Source: a virus
Direction: 5' to 3' (one strand)
DNA length: 64,000 nucleotides
Virus record (IMG/VR): IMGVR_UViG_3300022226_000003
Coordinates: 1 to 64,000 of that record
The position numbers were made by a program, and so were the translations under genes. Positions 39,401 to 48,728 of the stretch are shown here, in pieces (the first letter of the stretch is position 1; every line of letters starts with the position of its first letter). Below the pieces are notes generated by a model that ran no database searches, had not been told where the DNA came from, and saw nothing but the letters and a program-made list of their open reading frames with translations.

Positions 39401-41083
39401 GTTTCTTCGTTAGGTGTATCTTTTAATTTAGATGATTTCGCAAACATCGATTCAAATACTTTAAATAAATTGAAAGAAGTGTCTGATGAACTTCGCGAAA
39501 TAAATTTAATACTCTCTCGTCAGGGTAAAGATATTAGCGATGATGAAGTCAGAGCAGCGGTTCAGCGTCGTGCCAAGCTGATTGGTACTGTAAATAAGAT
39601 TGAAATTGACCAGTTATTTAATACTGCAGATAAAGCTATTAAGAGTTTAGGCGCGGCCGGTGCAACTGTAGATATCATTCCATTCATCAACGATGCAGCT
39701 TTAGAAAGATTGTTGGAGAGTGAAAGAACAATTGCAAGAATAAATCAAAAATTAAAATCTACTGAAAATGCTTCAGTCTACAAACAACTTGCAGAAGACT
39801 TGAGTAAGGCCAAGAAAGAGGCAGATAGTCTTTCCCGAAAGCAGCTGTTTTCAGAGTCATTTGAAAGATTCCAATTAAGTGATTTAGAAAATTTCAGCAA
39901 GACAGAGACTGTCGATATAGTACTTAAAGCTTTCCCCTTATTGCAAGACTTCAAGAGTCTTATTGAAGAGCTACCTTTCCAAGATCTCAGAGCTTTGCTA
40001 GCAGATGCTATCAAATTTAATGCTAGGGTGGATCGAGCAGATCTTGGAGTTGAGACTTTTACTTTAGCTGACAGGACATCTTTCCAAAGAAGAGGTGGAG
40101 GTGCGGTTACAGAGCAATTATCCGAAGATATATTTGGAATTGATACAAGAGGTCTTGCAAATATAGCCCAGCGTAAGATAAAACAAGAAACAATTAATTT
40201 AGTATCTAGTGTAAATAAAGTATATATTGATTCTTTGCTGAGAGATATAATTGCTGAGCAGGATAGATTACGTATCCCCGGTTTGTCAGAAGAATCCAGG
40301 ATTGCTGCTCAAAACTTAATAAATCAAAAGTCCAGAGAATTAGATTTAGCAATACAACGAGCCTCACTTGATGTAGGAGAACTGGCATTTGAGGCAGGGC
40401 AATCTCTTGTAGATGCATTAGTTAACGGGCTTAATGGTGCCTTATACAGAGGCGTCATAGGTATAAAAGAAGAAGGCAAATCTACTTGGACAACTTTCAG
40501 AGATGTAATTGTGAACACATTCACTGAAGAATTAATTCGTCCTGTTGTAGATGGTATAACAGAAGCTATTAGGAATAGTGGTGCGCTAGATGCACTAGCT
40601 GATATTGGTTCTGAACTCTTCAGTACTTTCTTTGCTGCAATAGCAAGTGCTTTTTCTAAACAAGACAGCTTAGGCGGGACTGCTGGATTAGGTTCTCTGG
40701 TAGGATTTTTCTCCGCCGCCGATGGTGGCCCTGTAGTTGGCCCTGGAACAGGCACTTCTGATAGCATCCCCTCAATGCTATCCAATGGTGAATTTGTGAT
40801 AAATGCATCAGCTACGAAACGAAATAGAGCACTTTTAGAAGCGATTAACAATAATAGATTACCAAAATATGCCTCGGGAGGTATTGTTGGAATACCCTCT
40901 ACTTCTAGTATAAATCCCGCTAAATCTAATTCGCTAGTCTCTGATAATTCTAAATCGCAGCAGATTTTCAATATCAATGTGACCGGCGATATTAGTCGGC
41001 AAACTAAGTCAGAAATATTTAGAATGCTTCCTGAGATATCTAAAGGAGTTAATTCTTACAACTATGAAAAGAGGTTGGCGTAA
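33458..41083 (+). CDS. Tape measure protein
   Basis: 2541 aa. N-terminal tape-measure domain (AIIQLGQGLGAGTLRGQEL), hydrophobic middle, C-terminal GGPVVGPGTGTSDSIPSMLSNGEFVINA. Confidence 0.92.
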   Translation: MTVRIPVEAETRRAEQNLAKVTNSVKSLETTANNTARNIRRAFIGIGAVITANFSISSIGRISTEFTNLQNRIAIVTGRTKELGKAQRELLRISERTRLNLNSTTETFGILGRSGRQFGAQTKDVLTVTENIAKAIAVSGQSAESARSAIIQLGQGLGAGTLRGQELLAVLEQATPVAEAIARGLDVPLGKLKELGEQGQLTSEQVFEALLSQTKQIDREFQNVNPTIEQSKNLLIDGVKIYVDQLDKGLGLSARVGQNLLEWSKSVRAASENAFELGTRIAFSFNIIKRDVKNVISPFVRIIKDLGIQFLNIIPKGFLTITLEGQINESIRAFDRLLGGPIAAFKRFKFIDVIRIESDVELAIRNLRRLSPKYWAAAGFDVPTIRQLFSRDNFELYINGFRRLADAVESNTKSIASTIRQFVIDVRFGTLAALRFLGLLPDTLLVFKVGNLKSFSKTIIEILRGVSNTSLEFFRIGRIIDEVLFPNLLDVFDVLADIIRKFYNSLNESSILSSVKGLFASFGQFIINIFKNIYDKIIGNSYWTDTVEGLPKLAKENIDKALKAFNNFGKRLTALFKNIARAVSENWKNVVVLFLVSAVAIGPLILDAIGYWVNFVSRAVALGLESLAVVILSGLIKLPDDLPDVVTNVIEKLGGSIATALIVTAQGFRAYGFIIKKVFNILSNILLFIEIRIILVLNKIAKKIASFIKSISLDDIKDLFKELPELVSNGLSKATDSIKSFGLKTIDVFRNIYDKVIGNSYWTDTIESIVNSSNTLWNRVSKGLLIFKENVTNIFRDIFNTRKEDRLSKILDTGRDLIPGLQPKGFASGFIEEIQEVFAYIQEKFPFVVTGAFIGIGGLIASLLFPAGSIKTAILTGVTLSLIKVGTILTEKLSNSVLDASIVNQLALNAGEAVGVFFASIIRDLPSTLSIVFGAISNFFRGVIEQIPLLGTALKGVFNIADVAGLAGALGLFGVFLFGKYTIGTISKIAKAPLATITRLFVASKAAILGQSSGILSQYVFGPLGPTRSLALIGIALDQLGLFESLFRDSALTQTVIEGGLLYLLVTGGKGVSTIADFIGKKVIFPLGSKLAILAAKTKVGTTLFDIFFGVTGNFGDRAVSAVRKVIGSVSDKITTLGAKGVQFAVPFISRFLFGREPGATKDRAKNELGLVFDVIRDSLAGFIRRVRQTNIAEAIFSFGNPAQIFDPIKRGLISFSTFFTNTLGKMRKASLLFAGPDGIVGKAIFGKAGKAALITGIIATLAIFSSSVKAASDEVPSDGEKGGFFSGIFDSLAKLANENPLTATLIPATIIALIAFRRQVLRLILSAFPSNALKGFETSSLKSIKNVGKIFRSVIGGLVGTFVGAELGRRIGPEFEIIGAIAGAALGEGIFRGLGRALASSFVVRIGGAILAAILSVKAAIVAAIASLVAVTGGLLYVLFFGETGNFSKDLDSAINKIKNFFGFGKDASKEISTGISEAAEAFANFERIRFNFSLEGIDPEQISEREQGKLDSRIAELNETILRARDEQEETGKISTETLNAINALDRGLTRFTDKLKERSEIDFEGTTNLFKKFEEFEPVKFGEKIVVGLRQSFLDFSFFLKEISLKIKGFFGSETADSELEDLTKLKDTLFSATFRNISPGVKEIIKLREDLNNTKGLDADIVERINNGTKDLLNVLEIIQRESNFLGFETPLEEDNKFLVLREVLVKRLKKTLEEALVAQQRLVDVKEFRNTLTQISRGLNEVGVSFDASKLFLDETDFNTLIDLAGNAATIAAERLKGVANTDELTQLNLRSLDIQREAEKLIQRGETASLKVQAAAAVLLSKIGEDTFSENTIEKLSKDTANKIVDLVEKIQGKEQQIKLEVELDTDLAKFQIRRLTNEVANLRTQISNIVLEEGGFDALNEFADKFGIDFNNALRQFDLSFILSEFDRLQNILKRIRVVKDKDPKQAALLRKEFDLLVANLNIADKTINEILSDVSSLGVSFNLDDFANIDSNTLNKLKEVSDELREINLILSRQGKDISDDEVRAAVQRRAKLIGTVNKIEIDQLFNTADKAIKSLGAAGATVDIIPFINDAALERLLESERTIARINQKLKSTENASVYKQLAEDLSKAKKEADSLSRKQLFSESFERFQLSDLENFSKTETVDIVLKAFPLLQDFKSLIEELPFQDLRALLADAIKFNARVDRADLGVETFTLADRTSFQRRGGGAVTEQLSEDIFGIDTRGLANIAQRKIKQETINLVSSVNKVYIDSLLRDIIAEQDRLRIPGLSEESRIAAQNLINQKSRELDLAIQRASLDVGELAFEAGQSLVDALVNGLNGALYRGVIGIKEEGKSTWTTFRDVIVNTFTEELIRPVVDGITEAIRNSGALDALADIGSELFSTFFAAIASAFSKQDSLGGTAGLGSLVGFFSAADGGPVVGPGTGTSDSIPSMLSNGEFVINASATKRNRALLEAINNNRLPKYASGGIVGIPSTSSINPAKSNSLVSDNSKSQQIFNINVTGDISRQTKSEIFRMLPEISKGVNSYNYEKRLA

Positions 41084-41793
41084 TGTATGGTATCTTGGAT
41101 ATCTCAACAATAAATGCTGATACAGGCTCTGATTCGCTACTTTTGTGCACATTTGTCGCTCCAACAAAAGTTACATCAAAATCTATTATCAAAGGGAGTG
41201 ATACACTATCTTTGAGACGTATTAGGTACCGAACTTCCGCACAACGTTGGGAAATTGAAACTGATAGCGCAATCTTAAATAGAAGTACGGACTTATTTGT
41301 GCATCAAATTGAGAATGACTCGATTAATGCTATCTTTGTCAGACCTCCATTACCTGTTAAAAACAACAGTGTGGCTCTAGGCCATTCAAGACCTGCTGCT
41401 GGTGATGATACTGTGTACCCTATAGCAACTCAAGGACTTGCAGAATCAAATGGCACAGCCACGGCAGGTGCCGGATTTTCTGCGGGCGCTGTATCCGTTT
41501 CAATAATTTTAGATATTAACTCTGAAATATATAAATCTGATTTTATAAGATTTAATGGTCATGATAAAGTATATATGGTCACGGATATTCAGGCGATCAC
41601 ACCTGCAGCACATACTTCAACTTTATCTATATTCCCGCCGTTGTCCGCTGATATTCTCGGTACAGAAGTTATATATTTAGGTAAAAGAGCTACCATGAAA
41701 ATGACTTATGATTTAGGCTCTGTCCTAGGAATAAGTTACATAGATGGCGTATTAGCCAATCCCGGAATATTAACACTAATAGAAGATTTATGA
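41083..41793 (+). CDS. Distal tail protein
   Basis: Follows the TMP. SAQRWEI, DFIRFNGHDKVYMV and IFPPL motifs. Confidence 0.6.
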   Translation: MYGILDISTINADTGSDSLLLCTFVAPTKVTSKSIIKGSDTLSLRRIRYRTSAQRWEIETDSAILNRSTDLFVHQIENDSINAIFVRPPLPVKNNSVALGHSRPAAGDDTVYPIATQGLAESNGTATAGAGFSAGAVSVSIILDINSEIYKSDFIRFNGHDKVYMVTDIQAITPAAHTSTLSIFPPLSADILGTEVIYLGKRATMKMTYDLGSVLGISYIDGVLANPGILTLIEDL

Positions 41794-42389
41794 AAACTAT
41801 ATCAGATAATTTAAAAGCTTTACTGGCAAGAGATGATATCCAACCTTTTCTTTTGATTGAGATAGGTCCCAGCGGTGTTCAGTACTTTAGATACACAACA
41901 TTGCCTTACAATTTGACTTTTGAAGCTGAAGTTTACACTAGTCAAAATAATCTGGCCAACATGGATCCTCCCCGTTTATCTAAAATACTTGATAAAGAAG
42001 CATATGTAATAACATTTGTAGATCCCCTGTATACCTTGAGACCTTTTTTCGAGGGCGGCACTGGACAACTTATCGGTATTGACATGAGAGTTATAGGTGG
42101 GTTCATCAACTCCACAGCATCACCGATTTTCGGTACAAATCCCGGACAAGATTTTGGTGAATACTTTTCATTATATAAAGGTTTTGTGGATAGCGCAAAT
42201 TATAGTGTAACTGAAGATACCGTAATTCTATCCGTTGAAGGAGCTTCGCCTATGGGACCTCTTGATTTACGGAGGACAATTGTGACTTCTAAAGAATATA
42301 TCCAAAGAGAATTCCCAACAGAAACAGGCTATGACCAGGTGTATGAGGGTTCTCAAGAAGTTGTTTTGAATTGGGGTAAAGCGCAATGA
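41790..42389 (+). CDS. Tail tip/baseplate hub protein
   Basis: Position. YTT.PY.LTF...VY, YKGFVD, FP...GYD.V.......NWGK pattern. Confidence 0.6.
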   Translation: MKTISDNLKALLARDDIQPFLLIEIGPSGVQYFRYTTLPYNLTFEAEVYTSQNNLANMDPPRLSKILDKEAYVITFVDPLYTLRPFFEGGTGQLIGIDMRVIGGFINSTASPIFGTNPGQDFGEYFSLYKGFVDSANYSVTEDTVILSVEGASPMGPLDLRRTIVTSKEYIQREFPTETGYDQVYEGSQEVVLNWGKAQ

Positions 42390-45300
42390 GTGTCATAGCG
42401 GCCATTGTTGTAGGTGCTGCAATAGTTACAAACGTAGGTATTGTTGCTGCATTACTAACCGCAGCTTCAATAAAATACCAACAAAGACAGCAAGAAAAGT
42501 TAAGAGATAAGCTAGCAAAAGCCGCAGATGAAGCTAAGGGTTTTCAATTAGCCACAGAAGGTGAAGTAGTAAATCTTCCGTTGGTTTACGGGAGAGCTCG
42601 GATAGGCGGTAATCGTGTATATCATAAGGTTAGCAGCTCTTATAACTATGCAGCCGCAGCCGCAGGTGGTGTTGAACTCCTGAGTAGCGGTGACACAAAT
42701 GAGTTGAATACCATAAGTAATTCAGAAACTGTAAACTCTTTTAATATTTTACTATATTACTATGCGACTAACTATAATCGACAAACAAAGGCTTTCGAAT
42801 GGAATGTCAGTGCTGGGTATTACGTAGATAATCCATTAGCGTCCCAATCTAATAGTGCATACTCGGGTGGTGGTGAGCATCGTTTAACAGCTTTTCCTTT
42901 TACACCTGTAGGGCCTTTGACAAGAAGTGGTCCTGACTCGAATATTTATAACATAACACTTGCAGCCGGGTTAAATACTTTTGCGAAAGTTGGTGCGAGA
43001 GTTAAGATCAATCATGCCCCAATGCTCACTTACACTGCTTGGTTGCTGCAACAGGATAATGAAGCTATAGCAACCAGTCCCGCAACTTTTAATTACAAAA
43101 TTCAATCTTATGATAATGTTACAGGTGCAACTGTATTAACAGCAGATGTTGATGGAGCTTCAGGGACAGGCGCGCCATCTCTGAATGCGAATGTTGCCGG
43201 AACAAAAAATGAATTTTTGTATGTGGCACAGACGATCTGTCTAGCTGGAATTGAAAGGATATATAGTGCATTTGTTAATGACAAAGATCATAGACACCCG
43301 GACTTCGGAAGATCTATGCGAATCCATGCTTATAGAGATGGTAATATTGCAGATCCCCTCTTCGTGGCCAATGATACGCTAGGAAATACCTCGCTATTCC
43401 CGGAAGCGGCTTACTCTTTTCAAGCTTTTAGATTAAATCGAGACGATCCCCAATACGGTGGCGCGGTCCCTAATGTTGAATTTATAATTGAAGGGATGCG
43501 AGTATTCACCATAAACAATGTCTCGGAAGTTTACTCGCTATCTGGTTCCAAGACTTATACAAATAATCCTGCGTATTGTTTATTAGACTATCTCTTGAGT
43601 TCCAAATATGGTTTAGGACTCTCCGTTGCAGATATTAATTTAAAGAGTTTCTGGCAAGCCGCTCAAGCCTACGAAGTTATTGTTGAAGTTAATGGAAATA
43701 CCAATATTCCTCTAAATGGTAAACTGTGGGAAGCCAAAGGTTCCCCGAGAAACTTGAAACGATATGAATGTAATTTAATCATTGATACTTCAAAAACAGT
43801 TAGAGAGAATATTGTAGAGATACTTAACACAATTCCTAATTCATCATTTATATGGTCTGACGGACAATACAAATTAATCGATAGATATCCTATTGAATGG
43901 GTTGCTGGAACTTATAATCCAGGGACTATTGTTCAATATGATACAGGTACGAATATTGATTTATGGCGGTGTTTAACCACTACCACAGATGTCCCTACAG
44001 ATGCCAGTCCGAATTGGGAACGCGGTCCTGATGAAAATTTAGTTGCGGCTTATATAACAGACGATGATATAATTCTTCAAGGCGACATCGGCACGGCCTG
44101 GCCTTCACTGGCATCTAGATACAATCATTGTGAAATCTCATATATAAATGAAAGTGATGATTTCGAACAAGGTACGGTGGATTGGCCACCAATCTACTCG
44201 GGTACTGTGTACTCCACTTATCTCGCAGAAGATAACGGTATTGAATTACACACTACACAAGATGCTGTAGGAGCCACAACCGAGTTCCATGCGAGAGCAT
44301 TTGCGGAAGAAATAGTTAGAAAGTCCAGACACAGAAACACTCTCAGATTCACTGTTGGCAAAGCATTACTGTATTTAGAGCCAGGAGATTTAATTCACAT
44401 TTCAAGTGCTGAATTGCAAATACCTTACGAGTTATATAAAATTGAAGAATTAGAAGTTACGGATGACAATAATATCCAGCTTGTGTTGGAGAAATACGAT
44501 GCCAGGATTCTTGCATGGAATGCACCCGATGATGAAGTCGTAGTTCCCCGAAATGTATACATAGGTCCAATTCAACAAATAACTGGCCTGACTTATACAC
44601 CGGCTTCTATCTTTGAAAGATTAGGTTCAGCCGGGACACTGACTTGGGATCCCATTCTTCTAAATAATTTGCAAGCTTATGATGTGTATTACTATCCTGG
44701 CAGTATAAATGAGGCCTCCACGGAAACGGCTTGGATTTATGCAGGATCCACTACCGAAAACAAGTTCAGATTACCACCTTTAGCTTATGTGGAGAGTGGC
44801 TCCACCTATATTGCCACAGTCGTCCCCAGAACTGTCGGCGGAAGAATAGCCCCTAGAGAAGATTGGGCAATGGGCTCTTTCTGGCCAGTAATTGAATTCG
44901 GCGTAACTGCGATACCCTCATTAGAAAATGCTGTAATTAAATTACAAATATATGTATACGCAAAAACAGATAGAGTAGGGGAAGTTATTAATGACAGCGG
45001 TTCCTATGATTTTTCAATAGCTTCCTTCACACCTCCCGTTGGTTTTTACGCCTCTCCAGCGGAAGCTTTGCTAGGTAGCGGTGATGTGGACAACCCAGGA
45101 GATCTGTATTTTGCGGAATCCCTAACCATCCTAGACGGCGGACTCACACTGGCAGAGCCTCTCAGTTGGTCCAATTTAGAATTATTTGCCCCTGAAAGAA
45201 ATACAATTGATATTACTGTATATCATCGAAGATTGTCAGCTGGAGCTGTGCCGACGGTTCCCACAGGCGGTAGTTATAATTTCACTACACGGGCGATAGT

Positions 45301-47470
45301 GGTACCAACAGGAAATGTGACTTGGTATACCAAAGAGAATCTCCCTGACGGCATAGGCGCTGTTTATGAGACATCGGCCACGCTATCTAGAATGGGTAAT
45401 TATGGACTCAATACTAACATACCTTCTTGGGCAACTCCTAAACTGTCTAATGCAACGGGTGCTCAAAGAATAACTTTAAGATTATATCAATGGTCCAGTA
45501 CCGCTCCACCCATAGCTGCCGGTGCTGAGTCTGTATATAATTGGCTAGATGGTAGTCACGGCACCCCCAGTAATTTAGGTAGTTGGTCGTTTATTTTATT
45601 GACCAACCCCGGAACTGCCGGCGTCAAATTGTGGGTAGCTGAAAGAACTTTGGAAGCAGAAGCCACAGCATCAACCTCCTTAGTTGATTGGGGTGATGGT
45701 AATACTGATGTTTATACAACTGATGCAGGTAGTGTCCCCGGTGGTAAAAGTAAGACAGTTGATATTTACCACTGGGCACTGACCATCCCTTCAGCACCTG
45801 TTCAAAATAGTACGTATACTTGGGAAACAGACTTATTAAGCAATATTCCTAACAGCCCTCAGGTATGGTTCGATGAACCTTCGGTTGCTCCGACTCCCGG
45901 ATTTACCTTATGGAAAATTGAAGCTAGATTGCAAGAAGAAATATCCGTTGCCACAACAACTGTCTTTTGGAGTAATTATAGTATACAGGCAGTGGGCTTT
46001 GCCGGTGACTCAGGTACGGCAGGTGGTGCGGGCAGTTCAGGAGCTAGCGCCAGGAGAGCTTATGGTGTTCAGTTGGCTAGCTATACCCCTATCAATGTTG
46101 GTGTGAACTTCATCGCTACAGGTGATGCATTACCTGACAGCGATTTGAATCAAACAGGTTCTCCTGACTTTGAATGGGGCGGTACATGGGCATGGCAACA
46201 AACAGCCAATTTCACGCTCTTGAATGGCGAAGCAATATTTCAATCAGATGGTCTATTTGATGCTACCGCCAATCAAACTGTCTGGCAAGCACCTTACCTA
46301 TCTACTTTGAAAGTCGGCAGTCTCTCGGCTATTTCCACTAACACAGGTTCATTATCTGTTACGGGGGATATCTTGGTCGGTTCAGGAGGTACCATAACTT
46401 CTCAGAATGTAGCATTCCCGATAGGTGCAGGGGATGACGGATTTGGCTTGAATGAGAATGGTGAATTCTTTGTAGGTGATTTTACTGATAATAAATTCAT
46501 ATATTTCGACGGTGCTGATTTAACTATTAAGACACCTACTCTAGAAATTTTGACCGGCAGTGCTTTATTCTCAGGTGATGTCGGAATTACTAGTCAAACT
46601 TTTGGTCAATCAGGTATACAGCTGCAAGATAACGGCGGTGCTCCCAGAGCATATATTGGTGACGGTGTAAATAACTTCTTTAAATATACCAGCACCGATG
46701 GCATTCAATTAGGTCCTGATACGCAAATTGAGGGTGCCAATACAATAAGTCGTAAGTCTCCTTGGTATTTCTCCACAGACTGTACTAACTTTGATGGTTG
46801 GACGAATAACTTATCAGGTACCCAAGGGCTACTTGTGGAATATGCCACGAGAGCTATTGTAAACAATTCTTGGCAATATCGCTTGAGAACGGGTTTTACG
46901 GGGCAGTATGCCTTCAGAAGAGATGTCTACCAAAAAGGCTTTTTCACAGGTGGTATCGGTATTGGAGAATATAACGACTGGAATCTACCCAGAAAATTTT
47001 ATTGTGGTATAATCATGGGTAGAGGTTGGCGTAACACTAATGCAACTATATTCTTGGAAATTGGGTTCGGTAATTTATATTGCGGTCCCTTCTCAAGTCC
47101 TGGAATAGTGGATGGCGTTAGTTTCGTAATAAACTTTAATGTTGATAATACAACAACACAGCAAATCGGAAAAATAGTCAGGTCGGGTGTTTCCACTACA
47201 ACAGCGCAAATATTCCCCGGCGGTCTCTTCAATCTTACAGAATATTCATTAGTAGATTTATTTATAGACTATGACCCTGTTCAAGGTTTCTGTGACTTTT
47301 ATGTCAATGACCAAGTTGAAAGAATTTTATTAACAGGTGCCAATATACCTAATCAAGATGACAGTCAGTTTAAAATGGGAAGTATCAGCATGTATGCTAC
47401 TGATGATGTGCTTGTTTCTGACCTTGTGTCTGTCTATGTCCACAAAGTTGGAATGTGGATAAAACGATGA
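42386..47470 (+). CDS. Central tail tip/host specificity protein (gpJ-like)
   Basis: LPLVYGRARIGG, NNPAYCLLDYL...YGLG, RYECN.IID and LEPGDLI motifs, an FN3-like segment, and LKVGSLSAISTNTGSL. Confidence 0.85.
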   Translation: MSVIAAIVVGAAIVTNVGIVAALLTAASIKYQQRQQEKLRDKLAKAADEAKGFQLATEGEVVNLPLVYGRARIGGNRVYHKVSSSYNYAAAAAGGVELLSSGDTNELNTISNSETVNSFNILLYYYATNYNRQTKAFEWNVSAGYYVDNPLASQSNSAYSGGGEHRLTAFPFTPVGPLTRSGPDSNIYNITLAAGLNTFAKVGARVKINHAPMLTYTAWLLQQDNEAIATSPATFNYKIQSYDNVTGATVLTADVDGASGTGAPSLNANVAGTKNEFLYVAQTICLAGIERIYSAFVNDKDHRHPDFGRSMRIHAYRDGNIADPLFVANDTLGNTSLFPEAAYSFQAFRLNRDDPQYGGAVPNVEFIIEGMRVFTINNVSEVYSLSGSKTYTNNPAYCLLDYLLSSKYGLGLSVADINLKSFWQAAQAYEVIVEVNGNTNIPLNGKLWEAKGSPRNLKRYECNLIIDTSKTVRENIVEILNTIPNSSFIWSDGQYKLIDRYPIEWVAGTYNPGTIVQYDTGTNIDLWRCLTTTTDVPTDASPNWERGPDENLVAAYITDDDIILQGDIGTAWPSLASRYNHCEISYINESDDFEQGTVDWPPIYSGTVYSTYLAEDNGIELHTTQDAVGATTEFHARAFAEEIVRKSRHRNTLRFTVGKALLYLEPGDLIHISSAELQIPYELYKIEELEVTDDNNIQLVLEKYDARILAWNAPDDEVVVPRNVYIGPIQQITGLTYTPASIFERLGSAGTLTWDPILLNNLQAYDVYYYPGSINEASTETAWIYAGSTTENKFRLPPLAYVESGSTYIATVVPRTVGGRIAPREDWAMGSFWPVIEFGVTAIPSLENAVIKLQIYVYAKTDRVGEVINDSGSYDFSIASFTPPVGFYASPAEALLGSGDVDNPGDLYFAESLTILDGGLTLAEPLSWSNLELFAPERNTIDITVYHRRLSAGAVPTVPTGGSYNFTTRAIVVPTGNVTWYTKENLPDGIGAVYETSATLSRMGNYGLNTNIPSWATPKLSNATGAQRITLRLYQWSSTAPPIAAGAESVYNWLDGSHGTPSNLGSWSFILLTNPGTAGVKLWVAERTLEAEATASTSLVDWGDGNTDVYTTDAGSVPGGKSKTVDIYHWALTIPSAPVQNSTYTWETDLLSNIPNSPQVWFDEPSVAPTPGFTLWKIEARLQEEISVATTTVFWSNYSIQAVGFAGDSGTAGGAGSSGASARRAYGVQLASYTPINVGVNFIATGDALPDSDLNQTGSPDFEWGGTWAWQQTANFTLLNGEAIFQSDGLFDATANQTVWQAPYLSTLKVGSLSAISTNTGSLSVTGDILVGSGGTITSQNVAFPIGAGDDGFGLNENGEFFVGDFTDNKFIYFDGADLTIKTPTLEILTGSALFSGDVGITSQTFGQSGIQLQDNGGAPRAYIGDGVNNFFKYTSTDGIQLGPDTQIEGANTISRKSPWYFSTDCTNFDGWTNNLSGTQGLLVEYATRAIVNNSWQYRLRTGFTGQYAFRRDVYQKGFFTGGIGIGEYNDWNLPRKFYCGIIMGRGWRNTNATIFLEIGFGNLYCGPFSSPGIVDGVSFVINFNVDNTTTQQIGKIVRSGVSTTTAQIFPGGLFNLTEYSLVDLFIDYDPVQGFCDFYVNDQVERILLTGANIPNQDDSQFKMGSISMYATDDVLVSDLVSVYVHKVGMWIKR

Positions 47471-48009
47471 AACTGAGCGAACGAAAAAGACATTGCGATA
47501 ATAATTTAATTCTAAGAAAATTAAATAATATACAGTTGTCCATGAAAGAGCGAATAGAAAAATTGGAAGAGTACCTGAAGACTTTCCCTCAAGTGGAAGT
47601 TCCTCTGGAAGAGTCTTTCGGCTATAATCTTTATGTAAGAGAAATCATGATGCCTGCGGGTTCATTCGTGATAGGAGCAATTCATAAATATAAGCATTTA
47701 AGTATAATGTTAGATGGTGAGTTGGTGATGTGGACAGAGTTTGACGGACTCATTCACTTAAAAGGATTTAATAAAGTCCTTGCAGAACCGGGAATTAAAA
47801 GAGTTGGGTACGTATTGCAAGATACGCGATGGCTCACTGCACATGGTATGGATGCATCAATGGAAATTGGAGATATGGTCCCTTGTTTGACCGTAACGAC
47901 ATATGCTGAGTATACCAAGTTTAAGAACGATGAAATGTCACTGATAGACCTAGACGATACTTTGAAGGTTCCCAAGTTCGCCCTGGCCCGAAGTGACCTC
48001 CAGATCTGA
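47467..48009 (+). CDS. Cupin-like protein
   Basis: YVREIMMPAGSFVIGAIHKYKH....G....PGIKR......DTRWLTAH cupin pattern. ATGA overlap with the previous gene. Confidence 0.65.
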   Translation: MKLSERKRHCDNNLILRKLNNIQLSMKERIEKLEEYLKTFPQVEVPLEESFGYNLYVREIMMPAGSFVIGAIHKYKHLSIMLDGELVMWTEFDGLIHLKGFNKVLAEPGIKRVGYVLQDTRWLTAHGMDASMEIGDMVPCLTVTTYAEYTKFKNDEMSLIDLDDTLKVPKFALARSDLQI

Positions 48010-48095
48010 CGTCTCTGCAAAAATTTCGGGGTGAGCATTATGATGGTGTGCCCGAAAAAATCGCCCCGGAGACGGCAAATGTGGAGCACTCTGTG

Positions 48096-48117
48096 AGGGG
48101 TCAAAAAAACCCCTTTT
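48096..48117 (+). terminator. Probable terminator closing the late operon
   Basis: AGGGGT-CAAAAAA-ACCCCT-TTT. Confidence 0.5.
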
Positions 48118-48118
48118 A

Positions 48119-48131
48119 AATCAACCACTTA
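48119..48131 (+). promoter_or_regulatory. IHF consensus site
   Basis: AATCAACCACTTA is an exact match to WATCAANNNNTTR. Confidence 0.45.
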
Positions 48132-48136
48132 CGGCA

Positions 48137-48154
48137 ACCCCGTTATATTAACCC
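48137..48154 (+). promoter_or_regulatory. Motif A copy 3 (ACCCCGTTATATTAACCC)
   Basis: 17/18 identical to copies 1 and 2. Abuts the -35 box. Confidence 0.6.
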
Positions 48155-48183
48155 TTGCATTTCTTTTCGAGATAGGTTATAAT
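48155..48183 (+). promoter_or_regulatory. Sigma70-type promoter
   Basis: TTGCAT-N17-TATAAT. Confidence 0.75.
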
Positions 48184-48302
48184 AGATCTCATGATAAGAA
48201 TGTGAGAGACCAATGAGGAAGCAGGTAATACACAACTATGAAATATATTTCATAGTAGCGGCCCTCGTTAATTCGGGGGCCTTAAAATTGAAAGGAAATA
48301 TT

Positions 48303-48557
48303 GTGAATTTTGCAAATGCTTCTGAAGTTGAAAAGTCTTTTAAACAGTTAGATAAGATTAACTATCTTATTATCAGGGTCATTAAGAGATTGACGAATCG
48401 GCACTATGTTCTTATTACAGACATTGAAAAGAATATTAAGATTGAAATTGATTCTTTTTCAAATTATAATCAAATAGCCAATCGATACAACTATTGCAAG
48501 GCTTACTTAAAATTATGTGAAGAAGACTTGATTCGGAGAGGAAAACGCAAGAAATAA
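48303..48557 (+). CDS. Early hypothetical protein
   Basis: GTG 48303 with RBS AAAGGA. The track start at 48213 is an alternative. Confidence 0.5.
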   Translation: MNFANASEVEKSFKQLDKINYLIIRVIKRLTNRHYVLITDIEKNIKIEIDSFSNYNQIANRYNYCKAYLKLCEEDLIRRGKRKK

Positions 48558-48590
48558 ATTGCGGGAAAATAGGTATCTTATATGAAAGAA
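48552..48590 (+). promoter_or_regulatory. Motif B copy 1 (AAATAAATTGCGGxAAAAxxxGTATCTTATATGAAAGAA)
   Basis: 35/39 identical to 49092-49130. Both copies sit at gene ends ahead of small early ORFs. Confidence 0.65.
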
Positions 48591-48650
48591 ATGAAGATAT
48601 GATTATTTCTTTTTGCGAAATACACTATCAACCCAAAAGGGAAACTTGTT

Positions 48651-48728
48651 ATGATTATCGGAATTTACCAACTGAATAGTCGTACTTATGCCGTTTACGC
48701 AGACGGTACCGTGAAGTTTTTGAATTAA
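48651..48728 (+). CDS. 25-aa micropeptide (not in ORF track)
   Basis: MIIGIYQLNSRTYAVYADGTVKFLN, purine-rich RBS AAAAGGGAAA, downstream of motif B. Confidence 0.4.
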   Translation: MIIGIYQLNSRTYAVYADGTVKFLN

